Assembly (NCBI GenBank): GCA_964057225.1
Contig: OZ059899.1
Location: 8,866,001-8,930,000, forward strand
Length of the DNA: 64,000 nucleotides
Reading direction: 5' to 3'
Source: Auanema rhodensis
Taxonomy: Eukaryota; Animalia; Nematoda
Each line of letters starts with the position of its first letter. Position 1 is the stretch's first letter. The notes beneath the pieces were generated by a model. The model was not told where the DNA came from, searched no databases, and saw only the letters and a list, made by a program, of their open reading frames with translations. Positions 1-12,443 of the stretch are shown here, piece by piece. The position numbers and the translations under genes were made by a program.

Positions 1-402
1 GTTAAGGATTTTTGCAAAGTTTTTTTTTCAATGGTGCTCCTTCATTATCACTGTTATTATTGATGTCTCTTGTTCTCTATGCCTTTCTTTTTTAGAAATA
101 TTTTCCAAATTCTTTAGGAATTTCTTAACTTCCAAAGTGTCCTTATTTTGTTTTATTATTTAAATTATATTGCTATAAAGATTTTTATGTTCAATTACTT
201 TTATATAATTTATTGAAATACTAATGAAAAGATAATAATATAATCAACTATTCCAAAAAATAACCTGTTATATATTAAAAAGTATTATTACTAGATTAAA
301 AATAATAAGAATATGCACTAATTTTATGATAATTGTATGTGAAGCATTATTATCATCAGATGAAGTATTACTTGTATTCAATTAAAAACACATTATATAT
401 AA

Positions 403-432
403 AGAGAGAACGAGAAAGTGAGAGAACGAGAA

Positions 433-491
<59 letters not shown>

Positions 492-493
492 GG
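403..493. repeat. (GA)n microsatellite preceded by two copies of gagaacgagaaagtga
   Basis: Directly visible dinucleotide run just downstream of the stop of the first minus-strand gene. Confidence 0.95.
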
Positions 494-523
494 AGATACC
501 TATGTACATCCATGACCCATCTT

Positions 524-3093
524 TTATGGTAAATATCCATCTATTTTTTCCATGAACTGTTTTTCCAATTCTTCGAAGTTTTCTATAAGGGCTATCCTTA
601 ACGGCTTTTCTAAGGAATCATCCTTCTCCAACAACTTTTTTGCAACAAAAGCAAATGTATCGCAATCATTTCGGAAAGCCTGAAAAGAGAAAAATGAATT
701 TATTAAAGATTTAAGAAATTATTTACAAACCAATTCAAGTTTTTTCTTTTTGACTAAAAATCTCTCCAAATCTATTTCATTCAACGAAGTTATTTTTTCA
801 TCACTAAAGTTAAATTGTATTCAATACATTCAGTGATAATATATTAATCACCGTAAACGGCTTCGAAGTTCATCATCAAGATCATCAGGTTTTGATAGAT
901 TAGACAATCGTAGCTTTTTATTATCTTAATCGCATAACTTATTTAATAATATTGAACTTTATCTTACCACTTCCACTACAACTCACAGCTTTAACTGTCA
1001 TTAAAGCATTATTTTGAATATCTTTAAGTTCGTGAAAGTACTGAGATACTTTCAAACATGTTGTTTGGAATGAAGCTCTAGTCTAAACAATTTACTTAAG
1101 AATAAGATAAGAAAAACTTTGAATCATTTTTACCTGAGCTGTAGGATCACCTACTTTAGATGGCGGAGAATTTTCAAAACTATTTTCTTCTACGTTCACT
1201 GATATGCTTTGTCTTTTATTTTCTGTTTGTTGTCGTGGTAAATTAATAGATGATCGAACTTGTTTAGGAATTAAGCTTGTTGGTAGAAGCTTCACAGTTA
1301 GTGGATTGAAGGAAGAGGTTGAAGAAGGTTCTTCCTTAGATACTGCAGCTTGAAGCTCATTAACATCATCTGTTGATTCACTTCTTATTTTTCTGCAAAA
1401 TATCGATATTTATCTGGTTTCAAACTAAATACCAAAATTATAGCAATCATGTATTTACTGACGTTTTACGAATTAGAAGCTGCTCTTCGTGAATGGAATC
1501 GTATGACTGTATGTTTGGACTCGGAGTTCGTGATTTTGGAGAATCTATATCATCTATAGCTGGCTCGTCGATTGTTGTTGGTTCCAATATTTTTAAAGTT
1601 ACATCCTCAAATAAAAATAGGTTTTTGATTCCATAAAATATAAAATAAATACTTTTAAATTGATCTTCAATTGGTTTGTAGGAGCGACATTTTTTTCAGA
1701 CTTATTCAAGAGCAGTGGCGTTTCAGAATTTTCGCTAGTGGACATTGTCTCTGGATTTTCCTTATCATCTGAAAATGATGCCCTGTTTTCATTTTCTAAC
1801 ATTTGATTTATAATTCGTTTAGAATTATATTGACCATTCAATTGTTTGTCGCTTAGAGAGCGTGGGCTGTTCGAATCTCGTTTAGAATGTTCTGATGATG
1901 TACTTCTACTTCGAGAATATCGAGAAGATCTATATTATATTTTTTGATTAAAGAAAATTTTATCTGTTAGAGCAACCTTTCTTTTTCTCTTCGACGGCCT
2001 CTTTTCTCATCTTCTAATCTGTCTTCACGATCAGAGTATCGTTTACGGTAGTTGTAGGACTCACGTGAAGATGAACGAGAACGCTGATCTGTTCGACTTC
2101 TCGTTTTTCTAGAATTGTATATGCATTATTATATTTAATTCATATTAAGAATACCTGGAATCTGTACTAGCTGAACTGAGAACAGATGAACTTCGAGATC
2201 TGCTACGATCACGATGTCTGTAAACATATGTGAATTAATAATATCAAGAGAATATATATTTGTACTTGCTATTCCGATAACTTTTCCGACCATAGCTTGA
2301 TGATGATCTTCCACGATTCTTCACGTCTTAATCAAATTTCAATATTATGAATATATTTCAAATCTCACGAATAGCTTTATATTGAGCAAATCGTCGAATA
2401 TCTTTAAACCATGTTAAATCACATTTGTGACCTAATATATCATCTTCGGAGAATCTTAAAGAAAAACATTTGTTTGTTATCTTGTTTGTTTGTTAGAGTT
2501 TAGTGTTAATATTACCTTTTCATGGCAAGCTTAGCATCATCACGAGTTTCAAAACGAACTGCAACAAACAGTCGGATATTATCAGGACTTGATCTTACGA
2601 AATCAAATGAAACTGGACCTACTTTATCCTCGAAAAAATTCCTATAAAGTCAATAATTCATTGTTATATAAATGAAAAAAGATTCAATTTATTTACTTGT
2701 ATGTAACCTTTACCGCATATCACATTCATATTGTAAAAATCTATATATGAAGATTCAAGAAACAAGTAAACCGAGGATAATATACTAACAACAATAAGAA
2801 ACATAAAAATTGTAATGTAATCCTTGCATTTTTAAGAATAAAATAGCTTTAACAGCTGATTTAAAACTGGAAATTATAATAATTATAAAATATAAATTTG
2901 TATTCTGATAACACATTCCATGTTAAATATGCCTGATAATATATATATTTTCATCTATTAATACATACTTTATATCATTAGTTGACATGGAACCAGGTAA
3001 ACCACGTATAAATATGGTATGTTTTGATTCAGGTACATCTTCTTCATTTATTCTTCTGGAGCGTTGATGATGATGATAGTTCATGTAAGACAT
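524..3093 (-). CDS. Multi-exon RRM + RS-rich protein with C-terminal periphilin-1-like domain
   Basis: Spliced translation: MSYMNYHHHQRSRRINEEDVPESKHTIFIRGLPGSMSTNDIK-NFFEDKVGPVSFDFVRSSPDNIRLFVAVRFETRDDAKLAMKR-FSEDDILGHKCDLTWFKD (RRM), then RS/RY-rich exons (HRDRSRSRSSS, SSRYSRSRST), a low-complexity middle (ORFs 1599-1841 and 1092-1295), and last exons LERFLVKKKKLEL-AFRNDCDTFAFVAKKLLEKDDSLEKPLRIALIENFEELEKQFMEKIDGYLP*. GT-AG phases are consistent where checked. Confidence 0.85.
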
Positions 3094-3435
3094 TTCAATT
3101 TAATGATCCTAATAGTTTAAAAATTAAAATTTTGTATAGTTTATATGAAAAGAATATGTTCTACAATTTGAAAAACAAAGAAAAAGAAGAATAAGAATAA
3201 GAAGGAAAACTGATATAAATACTTTTTAAATCAACACATATATGAAATAGTAAAACGTTTGTATATTTGTTACTATGTAAGATAAAAAGAAAGAATGAAA
3301 AAGCTAACATTTCACTAGCAGATTTGAAAAATATAGAAATACATGCTGAAATGAAAATTTATGTTTCCCAGGTAACCCACATGACTGAAATATATCATAG
3401 AAAGCATAATCATAATTATACCTAAGCGTCATGTT

Positions 3436-3461
3436 ATATATATATATATATATATATATAT
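3436..3461. repeat. (AT)n microsatellite
   Basis: Directly visible. Confidence 0.9.
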
Positions 3462-4195
3462 TCTATACACATCATAAAAGAAGTAAAATTAATTATAATG
3501 AAGAAAAAATGAATTTTTTTAAAACTGAAATGTTTGAAATTTCAATAAAATTATTGTTAGTTACTGTTAAATTAATAACAAACTTTATACAATATATGTA
3601 TATAAACAAACAATAGTTTTTCTATGAATATATGTACTCAAAATGATATTTTTTGTTGTTAAAATTGAATTTAGTCAGATTATAGAAGTAGAATTGTATT
3701 TGCTTTCAATTCAAATATTAGGAGAGAGGAGATTTTGGAGGAGATGAATATTTTTATAAAAATATCTTGTAATTTATAAAATGAAAAATAAAACTGAAAA
3801 TTACCATTCATTGTAAAGAATCAATATATTTTTTTTTGTCTATTATGTTTTTCCTTTATATACATTTTGATCAATCTTTCATCCATTTCTGAACCTCTTA
3901 TGACGTGATTCTCTCTCAAAGCTATTAGGTTGTGTAGTAACGGTAACTACTAGATACTAATGAAAGACTGAAATGTATATATAATTAATACAAGATGAAT
4001 AATTTTAAAAGATTGGTTAATCTAAAACCTTATAAAATTGAAAAAAAACTTTTCCAAAAAATTTATTATTATCATACAGCTTGAATTACATATCTGGAAC
4101 AATTATCACCCATTTCGGCACAAATATACTGTTAACGTATGATAAGAATAAACTAAAAATGTCTGATATCAATCATTCACAGTAAATGAAACTAA

Positions 4196-6404
4196 ATGAT
4201 TTTTCTACTGTTGTCGATTAGTTTTTGCTTTTTAAACCCGATTGAGACCTCAAAAATCGGTATATTTTCTGGTCCTTTGAGCAAACAGCAGGTATAATTT
4301 AAAATAATAACAACATATATCTAATAATCTATTAATTAACATTTTATTTTAAGGTTAACTTTGCCGTACAACTTGGTAATAATTTGATAAATACTGATAA
4401 TGAAATTATTTTAATTCGCCCAAATAAAAGTTGTAAGGATAGTGATATAAATGTTTCCAAAGATGTAGCATTTCACTAGAATCTCATGTAATAACTTTCC
4501 ATTTTCTTAGATTCATCAAATCTTTTTCAATGTAACTGGAACTGCATGTGAACATGATTTTGAGCACTCAAGGTTCTTATAGACTAATTTAAACTTATTT
4601 TCAAATTGCTGAGCTTTTATAATGAAAATGATTTTATAGAAGAATTTCAAATATAAATCAGTTCACAGATGTCATAGCAAATAACAGAATAGTGGCTGAA
4701 ATGAGTTTAGGCGTTTGTGAAAGTTTTGAACTTTTATTTTATTATTATTTAAAATAATTTTACAGATATATTAAATAATACTCATCTGATTAATGAATTA
4801 ATGGAGAAAAAACTTGATTTAGCAATCTTAAGTGATATTGATTATTGCTTATTAGGGTATTATCTAATTCAAGTTTATATATATTTCTATTATAATTATT
4901 ACAGAATATTTGAAAAAGTTGGTCTGAAAAAATATATAATTGCCACAACAGAAATTCCAGATCAAAATATTTTACTTGAACTTGGAATTCCAGTGATGTA
5001 CAATGCACATAATGGTATTTAATTTATAATTTTTCTATTAAAATACAATTAATTCAGGAGTAAATGAGAAATTGTCTACACGAGTACAAAATTATCTTCT
5101 TAGCTTCTATCAATATTTCTATCAGAAATTCAGCATAGTATTGATAAATTATAATTTTATTCTATTTTATTAAAATTTATTTTGTAGGATAATCGTTTAA
5201 CAGAACTATTTCAATCTAAATATGGATCGAACTTTCCTTCTATTTCAAGTCTTCGTGAACAGGTATAATTCAGAAATATTTGAAATAAATAAATTTTTTT
5301 TCTTTTAAATATTTAATTCATTTAATCATATAAAATTAATATTATCTATAATTTTTGCAATCTACTATATCATATAGTTTATAGATACATATTAATATTT
5401 CAGATAAGACTGATTATAAGTGGAGCTGAACCAATTTTACATAATGAGTCATTGTATAATAATAAAATTCATTTGATTGGTCAATTTTCTCAAAATAATC
5501 AAATTTCAAAGGTATACTAAAACTAATTTATGTCTGGTCACTTTTAATTTTCAGAATTTGGATGCTTTTTTGAAAAATTCAAACAAAGTTGTTATTATAA
5601 ACATGGATGAAGATCAAACTTCGTTCAAATCTATGAATACAGACATTATTAAATTGATTAAGTCTCTTTAAATTATTTTTATAAAAGAAACAAATCTAAA
5701 AATTGCAGAAAACATGAAAATATTAAATTTGTTTGGGTTAGAAGAGAAAAGATTGATCTTCCTCAAAATGCTATTGTATCATCGTTTACACCTTCCAGTA
5801 GATACAGTATTTGAATGCAAAAATAACATTATGAATTCAGATGTTGACAATGTTATTGCTTATATCAACAATGGTAAATATTCAGATGTTGTGTATGGAT
5901 TAGCTAACAAAGTTCCATCACTTATTATCGAACCTAATGCACATTCTGCATATCATACTCGACGTTTTTCCGAAAAGTTTAAAATCTTTTTTTTTATAAA
6001 ATTCATCAGATTTTCAGAAATATATCAGTAATCAGCAATGAAAATGTAATAGAAAGTTTTGAACAAATTCTCACAAGCAGGTAAGTATCGCATGTATATG
6101 GAATATGAAACAAAATCTTATTTTACATAGATATCATCCTAAACCATATCTCTATCAAAGTCTGTTGACGTCATATCCAGAAGAACAGTCTAGAAGACTT
6201 AGTAATATTATTGAAATTGCATTGCATGATAATTCAGTGATTTTATCACAAAGATTATGCATTATTCAATTAACTTCACTTGATATCCTATTTGTTCTGC
6301 TTATTCCAACACTAATCTTGCTTGCAGTTTTGAAGAAAATTGCATCATTATATTATTGGTCATGTTTTGATATAGCATACAAAGAAAAAGTCAAATCTGA
6401 TTAA
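4196..6404 (+). CDS. UDP-glucuronosyltransferase (UGT) family membrane protein, degenerate active-site motifs
   Basis: Signal peptide MIFLLLSISFCFLNPIETS, then KIGIFSGPLSKQQVNFAVQLGNNL (UGT N-terminal strand-helix), MEKKLDLAILSDIDYCLLG, signature-like region IAYINNGKYSDVVYGLANKVPSLII, C-terminal TM LDILFVLLIPTLILLAVL and dilysine-type tail KEKVKSD*. Confidence 0.8.
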
Positions 6405-6558
6405 TATTGTCATTATTTTTTTAAAAATATTTATGTGATTAAAGATCAAAATGATTTATTTTATATAAAATTTATTTTTTACTACCTGACACATAATTGT
6501 TTTATCACAATGAGAGATGCACATTTGAAAATAGACATAATTAATAATGTCTTTCTGA

Positions 6559-9500
6559 TTATGATGTTAGTGAAGCTGATGTCTAAAAGTGAAAGTACTT
6601 TGCAACAAATGTATTATCAGAAACTATACTTGGAATGGTATTATTCCTTTACATTCTCGTTCTTGTTCATAGGTCATAGAATAGCCACCTTCTGATTCAA
6701 AAACAGTTGGACGGAACGATCCTATATGATAGAAGCATATGTAATGAAATATTCAACAGGACTTTTTACCAAATTCAGATCCTTCCTTCAGCATGACAGC
6801 TCTGCCGTCAAACATTAAAGGAATCATTCCATGACTTTCTTGGCTCATTTCGTTATAAGTTGTCGGAACCTAATACAAAATCAAAATTTCAATTGGTGGA
6901 AGAAACTACAGGATACCATTTGTCGTCGCCTATCTAATAGATTACTGCCAGCAGTCTGTTTTGCACACTCAAACTGCCTTGAAATAAAGCCATGGGATTC
7001 TTTATCCATTCCAACATCCATATTATCAGTATATTTTATTTTTGTAGTCTATATTGCAGAAAGGTGATTTCTAAAATTTATCCAAAAAAAACCTGTGAAC
7101 GAAGATTTCCTATGCCATCTTTCGTTTGTTGGACTGCACCTCTTGCTAATAATGGAATAATAGTTTCGCTCGTACCGTCCTGAAAATAAATAAAATATGT
7201 TTTGATTTATTAACTATAATAAAACATCATTGTTTTCGTAAACATGTGAATCAATCACACCAGATATGTTCAGTCGGTTAGCTCCGAATGGTAACATTCC
7301 TGCTCTATTTGCGTATTTTCTCGCATCATTCATTAATGGAATTACAGTTTCAGATTCCAAGGAACCCTATAAAATTCAATTTAAAACAGTAAAACAACAA
7401 TACAATCAATTACTTGTACAAGGTCTTTAGATCCCATATCAATTTTTGAATTCGGATCACGTGGTCTTCCGAATGCTCCCATTCCTTGTTGTGTAACCAA
7501 AGCCGCACTTTGCTCCCATGGAATCACAAATGGGATAGCAACCAAGCTGAAATATTTACGTCATACATCATAGAAGGTTTCATGAAAAACACGTTTTTCT
7601 CGGTTTTCTAGCGTAGCGGATTGATGGAGGTATTCTTTCTTCTTTATTGCGTTCAGCAATAGTTTTTTCAATAGGTGGCATTGGTATAGGCTCCTCCGGT
7701 TCTTTTACAGGAGCTATCCAGTGTGGCTTATATGGTATATTGGCTGATGCATCCATATCAGGATTATTCTCATCTGAAATTTTTCTATTTCCTGAATCTT
7801 GCTTTCAAAAACCTGGAATTTCCAATTCCTCATCCTCCATAGGTTCTTCTTCTTCTTCTGCTTCTTCGTCATCAATTTCCTCTTCATCTTCAGGAGCTTC
7901 TTCTTCGTCTTCATCTTCAGGATCTTCTTCTTCCTCTTCATCCAAATCTGTCACTGGTTCCTCTTCATCTGGATTTGATTTCTTTAGTGGAAAAGATGCT
8001 TCGACCGAAGGTTCTTCTTCACATTCACCAGGCTTCAGTTTCAAAGATTTTTTTTTTGGGTCCGGCTTGCCAGTTGCTGGAGCTTTAGGATCAGGCTTCG
8101 CCTTAGCTGGGGTTTTATCGTCAGGCTTTGCTTTCGCAGGAGTTTTTGGATCCTTCAAACTCATCTTTGGATCTTTCTTGTCTGGTCCTCCAACACGATC
8201 AGCAGGCAGCTCCTCATCTTCGTCAGCTGGTTTCTTCGTTGCCGGTTTGGCCGGAGCTTTAACACCAGGCTTGGCCTTAACTGGGACCTTATCCTCGGGC
8301 TTTGCTTTAACAGGAGCTTTCACTTCAGGTTTCGATGTGGCAGCTTTAGGATCAGGCTTTGCCTTTGCAGGAGTTTTATCGTCAGGCTTTGCTTTCGCAG
8401 GAGTTTTTGGATCTTTCAAGCTCATCTTTGGATCCTTCTTGTCAGGTCCTCCAACATAATCAGCAGGCAGTTCCTCATCTTCGTCGGCTGGTTTCTTCGT
8501 TGCCGGTTTGGCCGGAGCTTTAACACCAGGCTTGGCCTTAACTGGGACCTTATCCTCGGGCTTTGCTTTAACAGGAGCTTTCACTTCAGGTTTCGATGTG
8601 GCAGCTTTAGGATCAGGCTTTGCCTTTGCAGGAGTTTTATCGTCAGGCTTTGCTTTCGCAGGAGTTTTTGGATCTTTCAAGCTCATCTTTGGATCCTTCT
8701 TGTCAGGTCCTCCAACATAATCAGCAGGCAGTTCCTCATCTTCGTCGGCTGGTTTCTTCGTTGACGGTTTGGCTGGAGCTTTAACATCAGGCTTGGCCTT
8801 AACTGGGGCCTTATCTTCGGGCTTTGGTTTAACAGGAGCTTTCACTTCAGGTTTCGATGTGGCAGCTTTAGGATCAGGCTTCACCTTAGCTGGAGTTTTA
8901 TCGTCAGGCTTTGCTTTTGCAGGAGTTTTTGGATCTTTCAAGCTCATCTTTGGATCCTTCTTGTCAGGTCCTCCAACATAATCAGCAGGCAGTTCCTCAT
9001 CTTCGTCGGCTGGTTTCTTCGTTGACGGTTTGGCTGGAGCTTTAACATCAGGCTTGGCCTTAACTGGGGCCTTATCTTCGGGCTTTGGTTTAACAGGAGC
9101 TTTCACTTCAGGTTTCGATGTGGCAGCTTTAGGATCAGGCTTCACCTTAGCTGGAGTTTTATCGTCAGGCTTTGCTTTTGCAGGAGTTTTTGGATCTTTC
9201 AAGCTCATCTTTGGATCCTTCTTGTCAGGTCCTCCAACATAATCAGCAGGCAGTTCCTCATCTTCGTCGGCTGGTTTCTTCGTTGACGGTTTGGCTGGAG
9301 CTTTAACATCAGGCTTGGCCTTAACTGGGGCCTTATCTTCGGGCTTTGGTTTAACAGGAGCTTTCACTTCAGGTTTCGATGTGGCAGCTTTAGGATCAGG
9401 CTTTGCCTTTACAGGAGTTTTATCGTCAGGCTTTGCTTTCGCAGGAGTTTTTGGATCTTTCAAGCTCATCTTTGGATCCTTCTTGTCAGGTCCTCCAACA

Positions 9501-11994
9501 TAATCAGCAGGCAGTTCCTCATCTTCGTCGGCTGGTTTCTTCGTTGCCGGTTTGGCTGGAGCATTAACATCAGGCTTGGCCTTAACTGGGACCTTATCTT
9601 CTGGCTTCGCTTTAACAGGAGCTTTCACTTCAGGTTTCGATGTGGCAGCTTTAGGATCAGGCTTTGCCTTTGCAGGAGTTTTATCGTCAGGCTTTGCTTT
9701 CGCAGGAGTTTTTGGATCTTTCAAGCTCATCTTTGGATCCTTCTTGTCAGGTCCTCCAACATAATCAGCAGGCAGTTCCTCATCTTCGTCGGCTGGTTTC
9801 TTCGTTGCCGGTTTGGCTGGAGCATTAACATCAGGCTTGGTTTTAACTGGGACCTTATCTTCGGGCTTCGCTTTAACAGGAGCTTTCACTTCAGGTTTCG
9901 ATGTGGCAGCTTTAGGATCAGGCTTCGCCTTAGCTGGAGTTTTATCGTCAGGCTTTGTTTTCGCAGGAGTTTTTGGATCTTTCAAGCTCATCTTTGGATC
10001 CTTCTTGTCAGGTCCTCCAACATAATCAGCAGGCAGTTCCTCATCTTCGTCGGATGGTTTCTTCGTTGACGGTTTGGCTGGAGCTTTAACATCAGGCTTG
10101 GCCTTAACTGGGACCTTATCTTCGGGCTTTGGTTTAACAGGAACTTTCACTTCAGGTTTCGATGTGGCAGCTTTAGGATCAGGCTTTGCCTTCGCAGGAG
10201 TTTTTGGATCTTTCAAGCTCATCTTTGGATCCTTCTTGTCAGGTCCTCCAACATAATCAGCAGGCAGTTCCTCATCTTCGTCGGATGGTTTCTTCGTTGA
10301 CGGTTTGGCTGGAGCTTTAACATCAGGCTTGGCCTTAACTGGGACCTTATCTTCGGGCTTTGGTTTAACAGGAACTTTCACTTCAGGTTTCGATGTGGCA
10401 GCTTTAGGATCAGGCTTTGCCTTCGCAGGAGTTTTTGGATCTTTCAAGCTCATCTTTGGATCCTTCTTGTCAGGTCCTCCAACATAATCAGCAGGCAGTT
10501 CCTCATCTTCGTCGGCTGGTTTCTTCGTTGCCGGTTTGGCCGGAGCTTTAACATCAGGCTTGGCCTTAACTGGGACCTTATCCTCTGGCTTTGCTTTAAC
10601 AGGAGCTTTCACTTCAGGTTTCGATGTGGTAGCTTTAGGATCAGGCTTTGCCTTCGCAGGAGTTTTTGGATCTTTCAAGCTCATCTTTGGATCCTTCTTG
10701 TCAGGTCCTCCAACATAATCAGCAGGCAGTTCCTCATCTTCGTCGGCTGGTTTCTTCGTTGCCGGTTTGGCCGGAGCTTTAACATCAGGCTTGGCCTTAA
10801 CAGGGACCTTATCCTCGGGCTTCGCTTTAACAGGAGCTTTCACTTCAGGTTTCGATGTGGCAGCTTTAGGATCAGGCTTCGCCTTAGCTGGAGTTTTATC
10901 GTCAGGCTTTGTTTTCGCAGGAGTTTTTGAATCTTTTTTGTCTAATGTACTAGGCTTCAATGGAATTATTTCTTCTTCTTCGTATTCTTCGTCATCATAT
11001 TCCTCATCTTCGTATTCTTCATCTTCATACTCGTCATCATCAGGAATAGTAGTCTGAAACTTCGAAATGAAATGTAAATGGTGAATATCAAAACAACCGG
11101 ATTATATTTCAATGAAGGCAAAGTGAATGTAGCATTTGTTACAGGAGTTTCAGGTCCGTTTAATTCTTTATCATTACTTATAATTTTTGGAAAGGCTTTA
11201 ATTTGCGGTACAAACTGAAAATTTAGTAACTAAATTAGTCAAAAATCAATGTTTACTCCGTCGTCGTCGTCGTCATCGAAAGATACATCGGATAACTCTT
11301 CTTCTTCTTCGTCTTCAAACGACAGATCTTCAACACTTTCCTGAATAATGTATTTGCATCAAATACAATAAATGTAATTTAATTTTTTTAATTTTTGTTT
11401 ACAAATTTAAAAAACAAAAAATATATATTTGTTATAATATGAAAACAAATAATAATTGTCAACAGAAGATCATCACGTGAGTGAGGACAAAAGGTTTAAG
11501 AAACAGCTGTGGCATATACTAGATGTCTCAAAACGTTTTAACCAGAACAAAAGAATTTATCAAAATGTTCATGATTCATGAAAAAAATTACATTTCTATT
11601 ATTGATTTATCATAATTTGAATAATAACTTTTACTTTTAGATAATATATAATACGATTCTGTTTCAAAGATAACAAACTTAAAGTTCTTTTAATTGTGAT
11701 CTCAAAGCATAGATTTGTTTTAAAAAAGGATTTTGTATACAACTCTTGTTGTGAAAAATTAGAAATATAATTAAAATTGTTGAAAATACTTCTTTGCGAT
11801 GCTGGAAAGTTCAAAATGTTCTTGGTGCCTTCTTAAAGTTTCAAAATCTTATATGTTGGTATAGCAATACAAAACAAAATAAATAATAGTATAAGGTATT
11901 GTATTTAATAATAGTTAATATAATTGTTATAGACTAACCAGATAGAATATGAATAACTAAGATTTAAAACCAAACTTACTTCTTCGTCCGACAT
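6559..11994 (-). CDS. Large acidic/PEVK-like repeat protein with C-terminal calponin-like (CLIK) repeats
   Basis: 15-nt first exon ATG TCG GAC GAA GAA|gtaagt (MSDEE, 11994-11980) splices in phase to acidic exons at 11340 and about 11214. A giant exon (11053 to about 7813) contains the 1051-aa ORF. Later exons carry calponin-like repeats such as VIPWEQSAALVTQQGMGAFGRPR, ETVIPLMNDARKYANRAGMLPFGANR and GMIPLMFDGRAVMLKEGSEFGSFR. The last exon TSASLTS* is inferred; the alternative stop is at 6624 if unspliced. Confidence 0.8.
8080..10930 (-). repeat. Coding tandem repeat, about 11 units of 261 bp (87 aa) or 231 bp (77 aa)
   Basis: The motif DEDEELPADYVGGPDKKDPKMSLKDPKTPAK occurs 11 times (last copy RVGG). 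Antisense ORF starts are spaced 261 bp six times, then 231 bp three times. Confidence 0.97.
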
Positions 11995-12443
11995 AGCTGT
12001 GTGCATTCTTTACACTTTGCCCCTGAGCAAGTGAATGAAAAACAGCAAACTCCACCCACTCTAACATCAAAAACAAGCTTTTCCTACTACATTTGTATTT
12101 TAAAAAAAAGAAAGAGATAGGTAGCATAATCACAAAATTGTTGGTCTGAAGTTCAGCAGAACTATACATCAGATTGCATGTTTGCCTAAAATTATTTTTA
12201 ATGGATCAATGATATGAGAAATCTTCGATATATTGCCGTTCTGGCATCAATGTTCAAAAATCTCTTCTTGAACTTCACTTCTCTTCTTTTTTTCTTAGAG
12301 CCTCTATGATATTGAGCTATTGAAGAAGCAATTTGGTATGAATTTGAAGTTTTTAAAGTATCTGATTAACCATTATCAGAGTAAATTAACAATTTTTTTA
12401 GAAAATGAAAAGAAACGATAGAAAAACATTAAAAAAACAACAT

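Noticed and set aside
8080-10930. Regular repeat array as CRISPR or satellite DNA
   Set aside because: No unique spacers, unit lengths are multiples of three, and the array lies in one open frame of a eukaryotic gene.
7647-11057. Series of plus-strand ORFs (MAGALTSGLALTG...)
   Set aside because: Antisense shadows of the minus-strand coding repeat; each ends at the complement of the same codon.
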